DNA of 64,000 nt from positions 285,411-349,410 of the forward strand of contig CBDBMS010000003.1 in the NCBI GenBank assembly GCA_965207545.1, written 5' to 3'. The DNA comes from Gammaproteobacteria bacterium. Lineage in GTDB: Bacteria; Pseudomonadota; Gammaproteobacteria; Tethybacterales; CBDBMS01. The translations under genes were made by a program, and so were the position numbers. This document shows, one piece after another, positions 1 to 8,940 of this stretch; position 1 is the first letter of the stretch; every line of letters starts with the position of its first letter. The notes beneath the pieces were generated by a model. It was not told the origin of the DNA, searched no databases, and saw only the letters and a program-made list of their open reading frames with translations.

Positions 1-272
1 CCCGACGGATCACCGATGCGTGCAGTGAAGTCCCCGATGAGAAAGACAACCTGATGGCCGAGTTCCTGAAAATGTCTGGCCTTGTTGATGAGAACCGCAT
101 GGCCGAGATGAATGTCCGGCGAGGTCGGGTCGAATCCGGCCTTGACGCGCAACTTCCCGCCTGCACCAAGCCGTTTCCTGATCTCGTCAAGCCCGATGAT
201 TTCGCTGACGCCTCTCTGGATCAGGTTCAGTGACTTGGCTAGGGGATCCTTTGCACTCTTGGACGTGGGCAC
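1..272 (-). CDS. tyrS: tyrosyl-tRNA synthetase, N-terminal fragment running off the window start
   Basis: Minus-strand translation of nt ~240->1 reads ...[79 protein letters not shown]. This is the class I HIGH-motif region typical of TyrS (GFDPT..LHLGH...GDPS). The start is not resolved; a GTG near 272 is possible and there is no in-frame ATG. Not in the ORF track because it is partial. Confidence 0.55.
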   Translation of the reverse strand, partial: MPTSKSAKDPLAKSLNLIQRGVSEIIGLDEIRKRLGAGGKLRVKAGFDPTSPDIHLGHAVLINKARHFQELGHQVVFLIGDFTARIGDPS

Positions 273-300
273 TGGCGTGTAGCCGGTCTCTACAGCCAGA

Positions 301-972
301 TCAGTGAATGGTGACTTCGCCGGGCAGGCTGTTGCGCAGGGCGTTCTCCATGAACGAGCGCACAAGAACGGCGCGCCGGCCAACACTTGGCGCCTCAAGC
401 AGGGCCTGCTTTTCATCGTCCGTGAAGGGACTTAGGATGGACAGGAGGTTGACCATCTCGTCCGGACTGCGGTCACTAAGCTCCTGTTCGGGGAAATGCA
501 GGCTTTTGTCCTCGAAATAGTCTGTGGATACGGAGAGCAGGTTCTTCAGTTCGTCCGGCAGGATCGAATCGTTCCCCGGCCTGAGATCGTCGAGAAAGCC
601 GTTCCATTCCGGAATGACTCTCCGGTATCCGTTGAAACTTCCCTCTTCCTTGGTGATTCGAAAGCGTGCCACGCCTCCGACCGCAATGACGTAGCGATCC
701 TGCGACGCTTCGGTGTAGGAGATGATACGGGCCGCACAGCCGACCGGTGACAGTTCGGGACTGTCGTCGCTCTTGTTGCTCTGGGGGGTGGGCTGGATCA
801 TGCCGATCAACCTGTGTGGAGTGGCCAGAGCGTCGTTGACCAGGCTGATGTAGCGCGGCTCGAATATGTTCAGCGGCAGGTTAAGGCCGGGAAACACGAG
901 GAACCCCCTTAACGGAAACACCGGCAACAGTTCCGGGAGATCGTTCTCCTTCAATGTCAATACGTGCTTCAT
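301..972 (-). CDS. Lon N-terminal (LON substrate-binding) domain protein
   Basis: 223-aa [34 protein letters not shown] is typical of stand-alone Lon-N domain proteins. Confidence 0.65.
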   Translation of the reverse strand: MKHVLTLKENDLPELLPVFPLRGFLVFPGLNLPLNIFEPRYISLVNDALATPHRLIGMIQPTPQSNKSDDSPELSPVGCAARIISYTEASQDRYVIAVGGVARFRITKEEGSFNGYRRVIPEWNGFLDDLRPGNDSILPDELKNLLSVSTDYFEDKSLHFPEQELSDRSPDEMVNLLSILSPFTDDEKQALLEAPSVGRRAVLVRSFMENALRNSLPGEVTIH

Positions 973-1161
973 GTCGCTAGCACCGTGTCAAGTGTTGCAT
1001 GACATAACCTCATATACCTAATTATGTAGTGTGCCAGGCTATAAGATTCAACACTCGGCGGGATTTTACGGAAATAGTTCGGCCGTCATTCATATTTACC
1101 AATGAAAAGGGCGTTTCCTGCCTGGGATGCGGCTCTTCCGCATAAGGTATCATTGCAAGTC

Positions 1162-1866
1162 ATGGAACTGAAAGGGAAACTGGCCGATGTCGGCGTCATC
1201 GCCTTTGACGTCTACGGCACACTGATTGATGTCCGTGGAGTGGTTGATCTACTGTCGACCGAGTTCGGGGCTGAAGCCGGTCCAAGGCTTGCGGCAAGAT
1301 GGCGGGAAAAGCAACTTGAATACTCCTTCAGGCGCTCCCTGATGGAGCGCTACGCCGACTTTCCGACCTGTACGCGCCAGGCGCTCAGGTGGATCTGTAA
1401 CGAAGCGTCTCTCGACTGCAGCCGCCAGACGGAGGATTCGCTGATGCAGGCCTATGCCAGACTTCCGGCGTTTGCGGATGTGGGCCTGGCCCTGAAAGAA
1501 ATCCGGAAACTGGGCGGATCCATCAGGACCTACGCCTTTTCGAACGGTACGGCCACACAGGTTTTGGAGGTGCTCGGCAATGCCGGCATTGCCGGGGCGC
1601 TTGGCACCGTCGTGAGCGTTGACGACATCGGCTGCTTCAAGCCTTCGCCGAAGACCTACCGGCATTTCCTGGAGTGTGCCGGCATCCGTGATCCGGGCCA
1701 GGCTCTTCTGGTGTCCTCCAACATGTTCGATGTCATGGGTGCCGTCAGTTCGGGAATGAAGGCGGCGTGGATCAACAGGGCGGGGCAGCCGTGGGAGCCG
1801 TGGGAGTTCGAGCCGACCGTTGAACTTGCCACGCTTGAAGCCCTTCCTGATCTCATAAGCCACTGA
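1162..1866 (+). CDS. HAD-superfamily hydrolase, haloacid dehalogenase type II-like
   Basis: VIAFDVYGTLIDV is HAD motif I (DxYGT). About 235 aa from the internal Met; the ORF opens at 1102 but motif I would then sit unusually far from the N-terminus. Confidence 0.6.
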   Translation: MELKGKLADVGVIAFDVYGTLIDVRGVVDLLSTEFGAEAGPRLAARWREKQLEYSFRRSLMERYADFPTCTRQALRWICNEASLDCSRQTEDSLMQAYARLPAFADVGLALKEIRKLGGSIRTYAFSNGTATQVLEVLGNAGIAGALGTVVSVDDIGCFKPSPKTYRHFLECAGIRDPGQALLVSSNMFDVMGAVSSGMKAAWINRAGQPWEPWEFEPTVELATLEALPDLISH

Positions 1867-2036
1867 ACGCGACTGGTCAATTCCGGAAGCGGGATATTCC
1901 AGGACATGGCGGGATGAAACAAGAGCTTGGCGATCGCCTGGGATCCGGATTGCCAGCCATTTTCCCTATCCGGCGTGACCGCCCACAAGCGCTAGATGCC
2001 AGTCTTCCCGTCTGTATGTGCGCGAATGCGGGCGTG

Positions 2037-2042
2037 TATAAT
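2037..2042 (+). promoter_or_regulatory. candidate -10 hexamer (TATAAT) upstream of the CBS-domain gene
   Basis: Perfect TATAAT 36 nt upstream of the ATG at 2078; a GGAAGGGG ribosome-binding site lies just before the ATG. No convincing -35. Confidence 0.2.
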
Positions 2043-2077
2043 GGCTCTAACATCTCAAGACAGAGGAAGGGGTAGAG

Positions 2078-2533
2078 ATGAAAGTCAAGGAAGTGCTTGC
2101 TGCCAAGAAGCGCAAGGGTGAAATCATCTCTGTGGGGGTGAGTGACGACGTCGGGAAAGCGATACAGATCATGGTGGAGCATGACACGGGTTCGACCGTT
2201 GTCATGGAAGGCAGGAAGATGGTGGGGATGCTGACCTTTCGGGAGCTGCTCAAGGCCCTGTCGGAAAAGGGAACCCTTGACAGCGTGATGATCGGGGACA
2301 TCATGGATGAGGATCCCGGGGTCACCACGCCAGAAGATTCGGTGGATCAGATCAGAAACATGATGGTCAACCGGCACCTGCGCTACCTGCCGGTCATGAC
2401 CGACGGCGAACTGACGGACGTCATATCGTTCTACGACGTGGCCCGTGCGCTTGCGAAGGAGGTCGACTTCGAGAACCGGCTTCTCAAGCAGTACATATCG
2501 AACTGGCCTGAATCAGGGGAAGAGGAGGATTAA
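2078..2533 (+). CDS. CBS domain-containing protein
   Basis: 151 aa with a tandem CBS-pair signature (GVSDDVGKAIQIMVEHDTGSTVV...MVNRHLRYLPVMTDGELTDVISFYDV). Good ribosome-binding site. Confidence 0.7.
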   Translation: MKVKEVLAAKKRKGEIISVGVSDDVGKAIQIMVEHDTGSTVVMEGRKMVGMLTFRELLKALSEKGTLDSVMIGDIMDEDPGVTTPEDSVDQIRNMMVNRHLRYLPVMTDGELTDVISFYDVARALAKEVDFENRLLKQYISNWPESGEEED

Positions 2534-2537
2534 GAGC

Positions 2538-3005
2538 CGGTCTGAACGGATTGCCCGGGTCGCCTCGGAGTTGGACCGCTTGGGACTGCAGTGCCGTTCC
2601 TTCCAGTTTGAGAGCAGCGCCGCAACGGCTGCAATGGCAGCGGAGGCGGTAGGTTGCCGGCTGTCACAGATCGTCAAGTCGCTGGTGTTCGCCTGCAACG
2701 GCGGCGGACTGGTGCTGGCGCTCATCGGAGGCGAACACCGGGTCTGCACCGGCCGGCTTGCGGCGGCGGCAGGCACAGGAATTGTCAAGGCAACTGCGTT
2801 CCAAGTGAAAGAGCGGACCGGATTTGAAATCGGAGGTGTTCCTCCGCTGGGGCATCCTGACGGACTCCCTGTGTTCATGGACCGGCGCCTGATGGACGAG
2901 GACATGCTGTGGGCCGCAATGGGTTCGGCTTATGCGGTGTTCTCCATTGCGCCGCAGGATCTTGCCAAGGCGGCCGGAGCCATGGTCACCGACCTGTCGT
3001 CCTGA
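2538..3005 (+). CDS. YbaK/ProX-type aminoacyl-tRNA deacylase (Cys-tRNA(Pro) deacylase-like)
   Basis: IARVASELDRLGLQCRSFQFESS...VKSLVFACNGG..LVLALIGGEHRV...FEIGGVPPLGHPDGLPVFMDRRL aligns with YbaK. No in-frame ATG after the upstream stop at 2533; TTG candidates at 2571 and 2580. The start is unresolved; the ORF-track start at 2445 overlaps the CBS gene and is probably not real. Confidence 0.5.
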   Translation, partial: RSERIARVASELDRLGLQCRSFQFESSAATAAMAAEAVGCRLSQIVKSLVFACNGGGLVLALIGGEHRVCTGRLAAAAGTGIVKATAFQVKERTGFEIGGVPPLGHPDGLPVFMDRRLMDEDMLWAAMGSAYAVFSIAPQDLAKAAGAMVTDLSS

Positions 3006-3050
3006 CGGGAAACAGTGGATAGAATAGGGAAAGAGTGTTCGTGTTCAGCT

Positions 3051-3425
3051 ATGTCAGCCGAGAGTTTGCCGTCCATCCATCCTGTGGGCATCAAGGTGCA
3101 CCGAAAATCCAGAAGACTGGAGATGGGGTTCAACGACGGAACGTCATTCCAGTACAGCTTTGAGTTCCTGAGGGTGTTCTCGCCTTCAGCGGAGACGCGC
3201 GGCCATGGGAATTCGGATGGCAAGCTGGAGCATGGCAAAAGGGATGTTGATGTCAGCGAAGTCGAACAGGTAGGGAACTATGCTCTTCGTCCACGCTTTT
3301 CGGACGGACATGAAAGCGGCATCTATTCTTGGCGGTACCTTCATGACTTGGGCAGCAGGCAACAGGAACTGTGGGACATGTATCTTGCGGAACTGAAAGA
3401 TGCCGGACTTGGGAGGGAGCCATGA
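3051..3425 (+). CDS. DUF971 / gamma-butyrobetaine hydroxylase-like N-terminal domain protein
   Basis: PSIHPVGIKVHRKSRRLEMGFNDGTSFQYSFEFLRVFSPSAE matches the DUF971 pattern. It ends 4 nt into the ubiE start, an arrangement commonly seen next to ubiE. Confidence 0.5.
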   Translation: MSAESLPSIHPVGIKVHRKSRRLEMGFNDGTSFQYSFEFLRVFSPSAETRGHGNSDGKLEHGKRDVDVSEVEQVGNYALRPRFSDGHESGIYSWRYLHDLGSRQQELWDMYLAELKDAGLGREP

Positions 3426-4180
3426 GCGCGACCGGAACCGGAAACGCCGCGGTTGACGGCGCCAGGTTCTCGGCCGGAACCCCTCCGGCTGACAAGAGGC
3501 GCCTGGTCGACCATGTGTTCTCAAGCGTGTCGGCAAGGTACGACCTGATGAATGACCTGATGTCCATGGGCACACACCGCCTGTGGAAGCGTCAGGCCGT
3601 GTTTCTCGGCAGCTACTGCCGCGGCCAGCATGTGCTGGACCTGGCAGGCGGCAGTGGAGACATGACGCGCCTGATCGCTCCCCGCGTCGGTCCTGAGGGT
3701 CGGGTATGGCTTGCCGATGCCAGTGCCGAGATGCTTGACATGGGCATGCAGCGGACATCGCATCTGGCTCAGGTGTCCTTCGTCAGGTGCCGGGCCGAGG
3801 ATATGCCGTTCGAGGACGGCAGCTTCGACCAGGTGATGGTCGCCTTCGGTCTGCGCAACTTCTCTGACCAGCCGGCAGCGTTACGTGAGATATACCGGGT
3901 TTTGCGCCCCGGCGGATGCGTTCAGGTGCTTGAGTTTTCCCGGATCGCCCAGCCTCTACGGCAACCCTACCGCTGCTATCTGAACACGATCCTGCCACTG
4001 CTCGGCAGTCTTGTCGCCGGCGACGAGGGGAGCTATCGCTATCTGGCGGAATCAATCGAACTGCATCCGGATCAGGACCAGCTGTCATCCATCATGTTGG
4101 AAGCGGGTTTCCTATCCGTCGACTGGCTGAACTTCTCCGCCGGAATAGTCGCACTCCATCAGGGATTCCGGGGCCTGTGA
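3422..4180 (+). CDS. ubiE: ubiquinone/menaquinone biosynthesis C-methyltransferase UbiE
   Basis: VFSSVSARYDLMNDLMSMGTHRLWKR, the SAM-binding VLDLAGGSGD, and a GGGAGGGAG ribosome-binding site before the ATG at 3422. Confidence 0.85.
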   Translation: MSATGTGNAAVDGARFSAGTPPADKRRLVDHVFSSVSARYDLMNDLMSMGTHRLWKRQAVFLGSYCRGQHVLDLAGGSGDMTRLIAPRVGPEGRVWLADASAEMLDMGMQRTSHLAQVSFVRCRAEDMPFEDGSFDQVMVAFGLRNFSDQPAALREIYRVLRPGGCVQVLEFSRIAQPLRQPYRCYLNTILPLLGSLVAGDEGSYRYLAESIELHPDQDQLSSIMLEAGFLSVDWLNFSAGIVALHQGFRGL

Positions 4181-5457
4181 ACAAGTCGGCGTCCAGCCTG
4201 GCGATTTCGGCTTCGACCTTGGCCGACCCGTTGCGTTACCTGGAGGCCAGGGTGGTTGCGCGCTTTCCGGAAATCGAGAGCTGGCTTCACAGCGAGTTTC
4301 TGAAGACCCAGTCTCCTCTGTACTTCTCCGTTGATCTTCGCAACAACGGCCACAAGATCGTTCCAATAGACACCAACCTGTTTCCCGGCGGCTTTAACAA
4401 TCTGGGTCCGTCAAGCTACGGACTGGCGATCGAGGCGTTCAAGAGACGGATCTACGAGCTTTGTCCCGGCGCGAAGAAGATTCTCCTGGTTCCGGAGCGC
4501 CATACGAGAAACGCGTTTTATCTGGACAACGTTGCCGTTCTGCAGTACCTGCTCGAAAGCGCCGGCATTGCGGTCAAGGTGGGATTGACCGGGATAGCCA
4601 AGCCGCTGTCCCTGAAGTCGGGCCGGGGCGCCGACCTAGTCATTGATCCGGTCGTTCGTTCGGGAAACCGGCTTGTTGTGGGGGATTTCGAGCCTTGCGC
4701 GATTGTTCTCAACAACGACCTCACTTCCGAGAATATGGAAGAGTTCCAGGGGCTGGCCATCCCGGTCATGCCTGATCCCAGCGCCGGCTGGCAGACGCGA
4801 CGCAAGTCAAGCCACTTCTACCAGTACGAGCGGGTCGCGGCGCGTTTTGCCGAGGTGATCGACTTTGATCCCTGGTTCATAACGCCGTCGTTTTCCGTGT
4901 GCGGAAAAGTCAATGTTGGGATGAGCGAAGGTCTCGACTGCCTGGCGACCGCCAGCGACGAGACGCTCTGTGATCTGGCAGAGAACTACCGCAAGCACGG
5001 GATCAAAGAAGATCCGTTCGTAGTGGTCAAGGCGGATGCGGGAACCTATGGAATGGGCGTATTTACGGTCAGGTCCGTACAGGACATCTATGCGATGAAC
5101 CGAAAATCCCGCAAGGAGCTGTCCGTGGCAAAGGGTGGAATGCCGATCCGCGACATGCTCATACAGGAAGGCATACACACGGTGGACCAGATGGGCGGGG
5201 TGACGGCGGAGCCGGTGGTCTACGGGGTGGACGGAACCGTTGTGGGCGGTTTTTACCGGATGAACGCCCGCCGCGCCCGGGATGAGAACCTCAACTCGCC
5301 TGGCATGGCGTTTACACCCCTGCCGTTCGACACGGCGTCGCGTCCTCCCGGACCTTTCGACAGCGAGGGCGAGCGGGAAGGGTTTTCGCGGCTGTACGTC
5401 TACGGAGTTGTCGCCAGAATGGCCGCCTTGGCGGCTGCGAAGGAGTTCCAAGGCTAG
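4177..5457 (+). CDS. gshA: putative glutamate--cysteine ligase (GshA, T. ferrooxidans-type family); assignment tentative
   Basis: 426 aa with a GTG start overlapping the ubiE stop. The FSVDLRNNGHKIVPIDTNLFPGGFNNL N-terminal region and overall length resemble the small proteobacterial GshA family. Assigned from recollection of the family signature, not a search. Confidence 0.4.
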   Translation: MNKSASSLAISASTLADPLRYLEARVVARFPEIESWLHSEFLKTQSPLYFSVDLRNNGHKIVPIDTNLFPGGFNNLGPSSYGLAIEAFKRRIYELCPGAKKILLVPERHTRNAFYLDNVAVLQYLLESAGIAVKVGLTGIAKPLSLKSGRGADLVIDPVVRSGNRLVVGDFEPCAIVLNNDLTSENMEEFQGLAIPVMPDPSAGWQTRRKSSHFYQYERVAARFAEVIDFDPWFITPSFSVCGKVNVGMSEGLDCLATASDETLCDLAENYRKHGIKEDPFVVVKADAGTYGMGVFTVRSVQDIYAMNRKSRKELSVAKGGMPIRDMLIQEGIHTVDQMGGVTAEPVVYGVDGTVVGGFYRMNARRARDENLNSPGMAFTPLPFDTASRPPGPFDSEGEREGFSRLYVYGVVARMAALAAAKEFQG

Positions 5458-5515
5458 CGGGCGCCATCCGTACTATAATCAGCCCCTTATTGCACCAGCA
5501 CAGAGAAGACTGACA

Positions 5516-6085
5516 ATGGCAAAGATAAAGGCGACCGGGATCCGCATGGGAATGCTGATTGAACATGAAGGCAGGCTGTGGCGGGTCTCGAAATGCCAGC
5601 ACGTGCATGTTGGCGGCCGCGGCGGCGCCTACATGCAGGTCGAGATGAAGAACATCGAGGAAGGCACCAAGATCAACAACCGCTTCCGCACCGATGACAC
5701 AATCGAAAGGCCGTTCGTCGAATCGAGAGAGATGACCTATCTCTATCATGACGGCTCGGATCATGTGTTCATGGATTCGGAGAACTTCGAGCAGGTCCCG
5801 CTCAGCAAGGATTTTCTCGAAACCCAGGCCGGCTTCCTGATGGCGGACATGGCGGTCAACGTCAGTTTCCACGAAGGACGTCCCATTGGCATTGAACTGC
5901 CGGCGTCCGTCGCCTATCAGGTGGTCGAGACCGAACCGAACATCAAGGGGGCGACCGTTTCCGGAAGCTTCAAGCCGGCGAAACTGGAGAACGGCCTGAC
6001 CGTGATGGTTCCACAGTTCGTGTCGGAAGGCGAAAGGATCAAGGTCAGCACCGACACCGGCGAATACCTGCAGCGGACGAACTGA
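5516..6085 (+). CDS. efp: elongation factor P
   Basis: 189 aa, MAKIKATGIRMGMLIEHEGRLWRV...LYHDGSDHVFMDSENFEQV...KGATVSGSFKPAKLENG...GEYLQRTN. The modification-loop residue is Arg (VGGRGGAY) rather than Lys. Confidence 0.85.
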   Translation: MAKIKATGIRMGMLIEHEGRLWRVSKCQHVHVGGRGGAYMQVEMKNIEEGTKINNRFRTDDTIERPFVESREMTYLYHDGSDHVFMDSENFEQVPLSKDFLETQAGFLMADMAVNVSFHEGRPIGIELPASVAYQVVETEPNIKGATVSGSFKPAKLENGLTVMVPQFVSEGERIKVSTDTGEYLQRTN

Positions 6086-6277
6086 CCTGTTTTCCGGCTT
6101 TTCCGGAATCCATGCCAAAGCCAAGCATGAATTGCCGCCTCATGACTTCCTCGGACATGACTGTTTTCGTTGATTCTGTCCACGTGGGGATCCCTGCAGG
6201 GCCTTGCATCCTGTTTCCCTGAGACAGCGGCTGTATGTTTTTTCCCGTACATTTTCCTTGACTTCCCGGGGGGTGTT

Positions 6278-6315
6278 GGCCACTGTAGGTGGCCGAACGC
6301 TGTTGACATTGTCAA
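6278..6315 (+). promoter_or_regulatory. two perfect palindromes in the efp-pstS intergenic region (candidate operator sites)
   Basis: GGCCACtgtagGTGGCC at 6278-6294 and TTGACAtTGTCAA at 6303-6315, about 165 nt upstream of the pstS ATG. No canonical Pho box (CTGTCAT-N4-CTGTCAT) recognised. Confidence 0.2.
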
Positions 6316-6479
6316 GATCCATGGCAGGAACTGACTTTCATGGCATCAAAGATGGAATTCATCCGAACGGATGAAGTCAGGCGCTATTTTCGCCCGGTTG
6401 TCCCCATGATTCCGTCATTCATCCAGCGCCTCCTGCATAGAATTTGACTACAATGATTCTCTTCTTCAGGAGTCTGAAA

Positions 6480-7523
6480 ATGAAAAAGTCCATCCTCGGT
6501 CCGCTGGCCACATCGGCAGTGTCAGCCCTGCTGGCCTCGGCAGCGCTGGCTGAACGGGATCAGCTGATGATCGTCGGATCGTCGACCGTGTATCCGTTCT
6601 CAACGGTGGTTGCCGAACGCTTCGGCCGCAGCGGCTTTCGGAACCCGACAGTGGAGTCAACCGGAACCGGCGGCGGAATGAAGCTTTTCTGCAAGGGGAT
6701 CGGCACCGACAGTCCGGACATCACCAACGCCTCGCGGCGGATGAAGAAGTCGGAGTTCGAAAGCTGCCGGGCGAACGGCGTTGACGAGGTCATCGAGGTG
6801 CTCGTCGGCTACGACGGGATTGTGATTGCCAACACCAGGAAAGCGCCCCGTCTCGATGTCAGTCTCAGGGACATCTATCTTGCCTTGGCCAAGGACATTC
6901 CCGACCCTTCGGGCAAGGAGGATTTCATCCCGAACCCGCACACCACCTGGAGCGACGTCAACCCGTCCCTCCCGAATGTCAATATCCGCGTCTACGGACC
7001 GCCTCCGACATCGGGCACGAGGGATGCGTTTGCCGAGCTTGCCCTTGAAGGAGGTTGCAAGACCTTCGGCTGGGTCAGGGATCTGAAGAAAGAGGACAAG
7101 AGTCTGTACAAGGTCCGTTGTCGGTCGGTCCGCGAGGACGGCCCCTACGTCGAGGCAGGCGAAAACGACAATCTGATCATCCAGAAGCTGGTTTCGGACA
7201 GGAATACGTTCGGGATCTTTGGCTACAGCTTTCTTGACCAGAACTCGGACAAGGTTCAAGGCGCTTATGTCGACAGCAATGCTCCGGAGTTCGAGCTGAT
7301 TGCAAGCGGCGACTATCCGGTGAGCCGGCCACTCTACTTTTATGTCAAGAGGGCACACCTGGATGCGATGCCCGGTCTGGCCGAGTACGTCAACGAGTTC
7401 CTGGGCGACCGGGCCATCGGCGAGGACGGCTATCTGGTTGACCGCGGCCTGATTCCGCTCAGCAAAGGTCAGCGTGAGGAGTACTCGCTCGGCGTGAGCT
7501 CACTCGGCAACATCTCCCTGTAG
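6480..7523 (+). CDS. pstS: phosphate ABC transporter substrate-binding protein PstS
   Basis: Signal peptide MKKSILGPLATSAVSALLASAALA, then a PstS-family domain (GSSTVYPF...SRPLYFYVK). AGGAG ribosome-binding site. First gene of pstSCAB-phoU. Confidence 0.85.
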   Translation: MKKSILGPLATSAVSALLASAALAERDQLMIVGSSTVYPFSTVVAERFGRSGFRNPTVESTGTGGGMKLFCKGIGTDSPDITNASRRMKKSEFESCRANGVDEVIEVLVGYDGIVIANTRKAPRLDVSLRDIYLALAKDIPDPSGKEDFIPNPHTTWSDVNPSLPNVNIRVYGPPPTSGTRDAFAELALEGGCKTFGWVRDLKKEDKSLYKVRCRSVREDGPYVEAGENDNLIIQKLVSDRNTFGIFGYSFLDQNSDKVQGAYVDSNAPEFELIASGDYPVSRPLYFYVKRAHLDAMPGLAEYVNEFLGDRAIGEDGYLVDRGLIPLSKGQREEYSLGVSSLGNISL

Positions 7524-7584
7524 TCCGGGGAGGGTTCGTCCATGTCCGGTCCCGAAGGAGCTAGGGATTAGCAGCTGGAGCCTG

Positions 7585-8940
7585 ATGGGGCTAGTGGCGC
7601 TTGTAGCCGCCGGTTTCTTCTTTTTTGGCCGTGCCAGATCACTCGCCCTTGTACAAGGCGCGCATGCCGGAAAACTGAACTCGCTGCCGAACCACTACGG
7701 TGCGCTTTCGGCTCTGTGGGTTCTGGTTCCCGCAGTTGCGGTCATTCTTCTTTGGTCGGCCGCAGAGCCGGCGCTGGTCAAGGAGAGGATCATCGCTTCG
7801 GTTCCGACGGATCTGAAGGCAGGTCTGTCGTCCGTTGAAGTCGACCTTCTCGTTAACAAGATCCAGTCGTACCGGGAGATCGGCGCTCTGGATCCGCGCC
7901 TGCTGCCGGCGCTGGATGCGCTGAAGGGAGCCGAAGAGATGTCAGCCAGGCTCAGGATGGCGGTCGTGCTGCTCATGGCGGTTGCCACGGGCCTGGTGGT
8001 GACACTGCGTTTCCGACAGAAGACTCCGGCAAGAGGCCATGTCGAGCGCATAGTACACCTTTTTCTGGCCCTTTCGTCATGGCTGGCGGTTCTGACAACT
8101 GTGGGGATATTCCTTTCGGTGCTGGCTGAGTCGTGGAGGTTCTTCCAGATCGTCACGCCGTTCGAGTTCCTGTTCGGAACACAATGGAGTCCGCAGATTG
8201 CAATCCGCGAGGATCAGATCGGCGCTTCGGGCGCGTTCGGTTCGGTCCCTGTCTTCGGAGGAACTCTCCTGATCTCGCTTATTGCGCTTCTGATTGCCCT
8301 TCCGGTCGGACTGCTGTCGGCGATCTACATGACGGAGTACGCGACGAAGAGAGTGCGTAGCCTGGTGAAGCCGGTGCTTGAGATACTTGCGGGGATCCCG
8401 ACGGTGGTCTACGGATTCCTAGCGATCGTCACGATCGCTCCGTGGCTCCGTGGCGTGGGTGAACTGATTGGACTGGAGATTGCGTCCGAAAGTGCGTTGG
8501 TGGCCGGGGTGGTCGTGGGCATCATGATCATACCGTTCGTATCGTCCCTTTCCGACGACGTGATCAACGCCGTTCCGAACAGCCTGCGCGATGGTTCCCT
8601 GGCGCTCGGCTCCACCCGTTCGGAAATGCTTTGCCGCGTGGTGCTGCCGGCCGCGTTGCCAGGGATAGTCGGCGCCACCTTGCTGGCCGCCTCACGGGCG
8701 ATCGGCGAGACCATGATCGTCGTCATGGCTGCAGGACTGACCGCCAACCTGACGGTGAATCCGCTTGATGCCGTCACCACCGCGACCGTCCAGATTGTCA
8801 CCTTGCTGGTGGGGGACCAGGAGTTCGGGAACGTCAAGACGCTGTCGGCATTCGCTTTGGGGCTGACGCTGTTCCTGGTGACGCTGCTGTTCAACGTGGT
8901 GGCGCTCAGAATCGTGAAGAAGTACCGTGAACGCTACTGA
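7585..8940 (+). CDS. pstC: phosphate ABC transporter permease PstC (long N-terminal form)
   Basis: Multi-TM protein with the permease EAA-like region (ILAGIPTVVYGFLAIV...). Operon position between pstS and pstA. Confidence 0.85.
   Translation: MGLVALVAAGFFFFGRARSLALVQGAHAGKLNSLPNHYGALSALWVLVPAVAVILLWSAAEPALVKERIIASVPTDLKAGLSSVEVDLLVNKIQSYREIGALDPRLLPALDALKGAEEMSARLRMAVVLLMAVATGLVVTLRFRQKTPARGHVERIVHLFLALSSWLAVLTTVGIFLSVLAESWRFFQIVTPFEFLFGTQWSPQIAIREDQIGASGAFGSVPVFGGTLLISLIALLIALPVGLLSAIYMTEYATKRVRSLVKPVLEILAGIPTVVYGFLAIVTIAPWLRGVGELIGLEIASESALVAGVVVGIMIIPFVSSLSDDVINAVPNSLRDGSLALGSTRSEMLCRVVLPAALPGIVGATLLAASRAIGETMIVVMAAGLTANLTVNPLDAVTTATVQIVTLLVGDQEFGNVKTLSAFALGLTLFLVTLLFNVVALRIVKKYRERY

Noticed and set aside
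2445-2537. N-terminal 31 codons of the ORF-track entry 2445..3005 (MRLRRRSTSRTGFSSSTYRTGLNQGKRRIKS)
   Set aside because: Overlaps the CBS gene out of frame and is Arg/Ser-rich junk. YbaK homology begins only after the CBS stop, so the real start must be downstream (non-ATG).
5312-6124. 270-aa minus-strand ORF, and the plus-strand N-terminal extension 5282-5515 of the efp ORF
   Set aside because: Antisense to efp. The EF-P homology begins at the Met at 5516, and the upstream extension overlaps the gshA-like gene in another frame.
6086-6130. Short hairpin after efp (TTCCGGcttttCCGGAA) as a rho-independent terminator
   Set aside because: The stem is only 6 bp and is not followed by a U-tract. 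Too weak to call.
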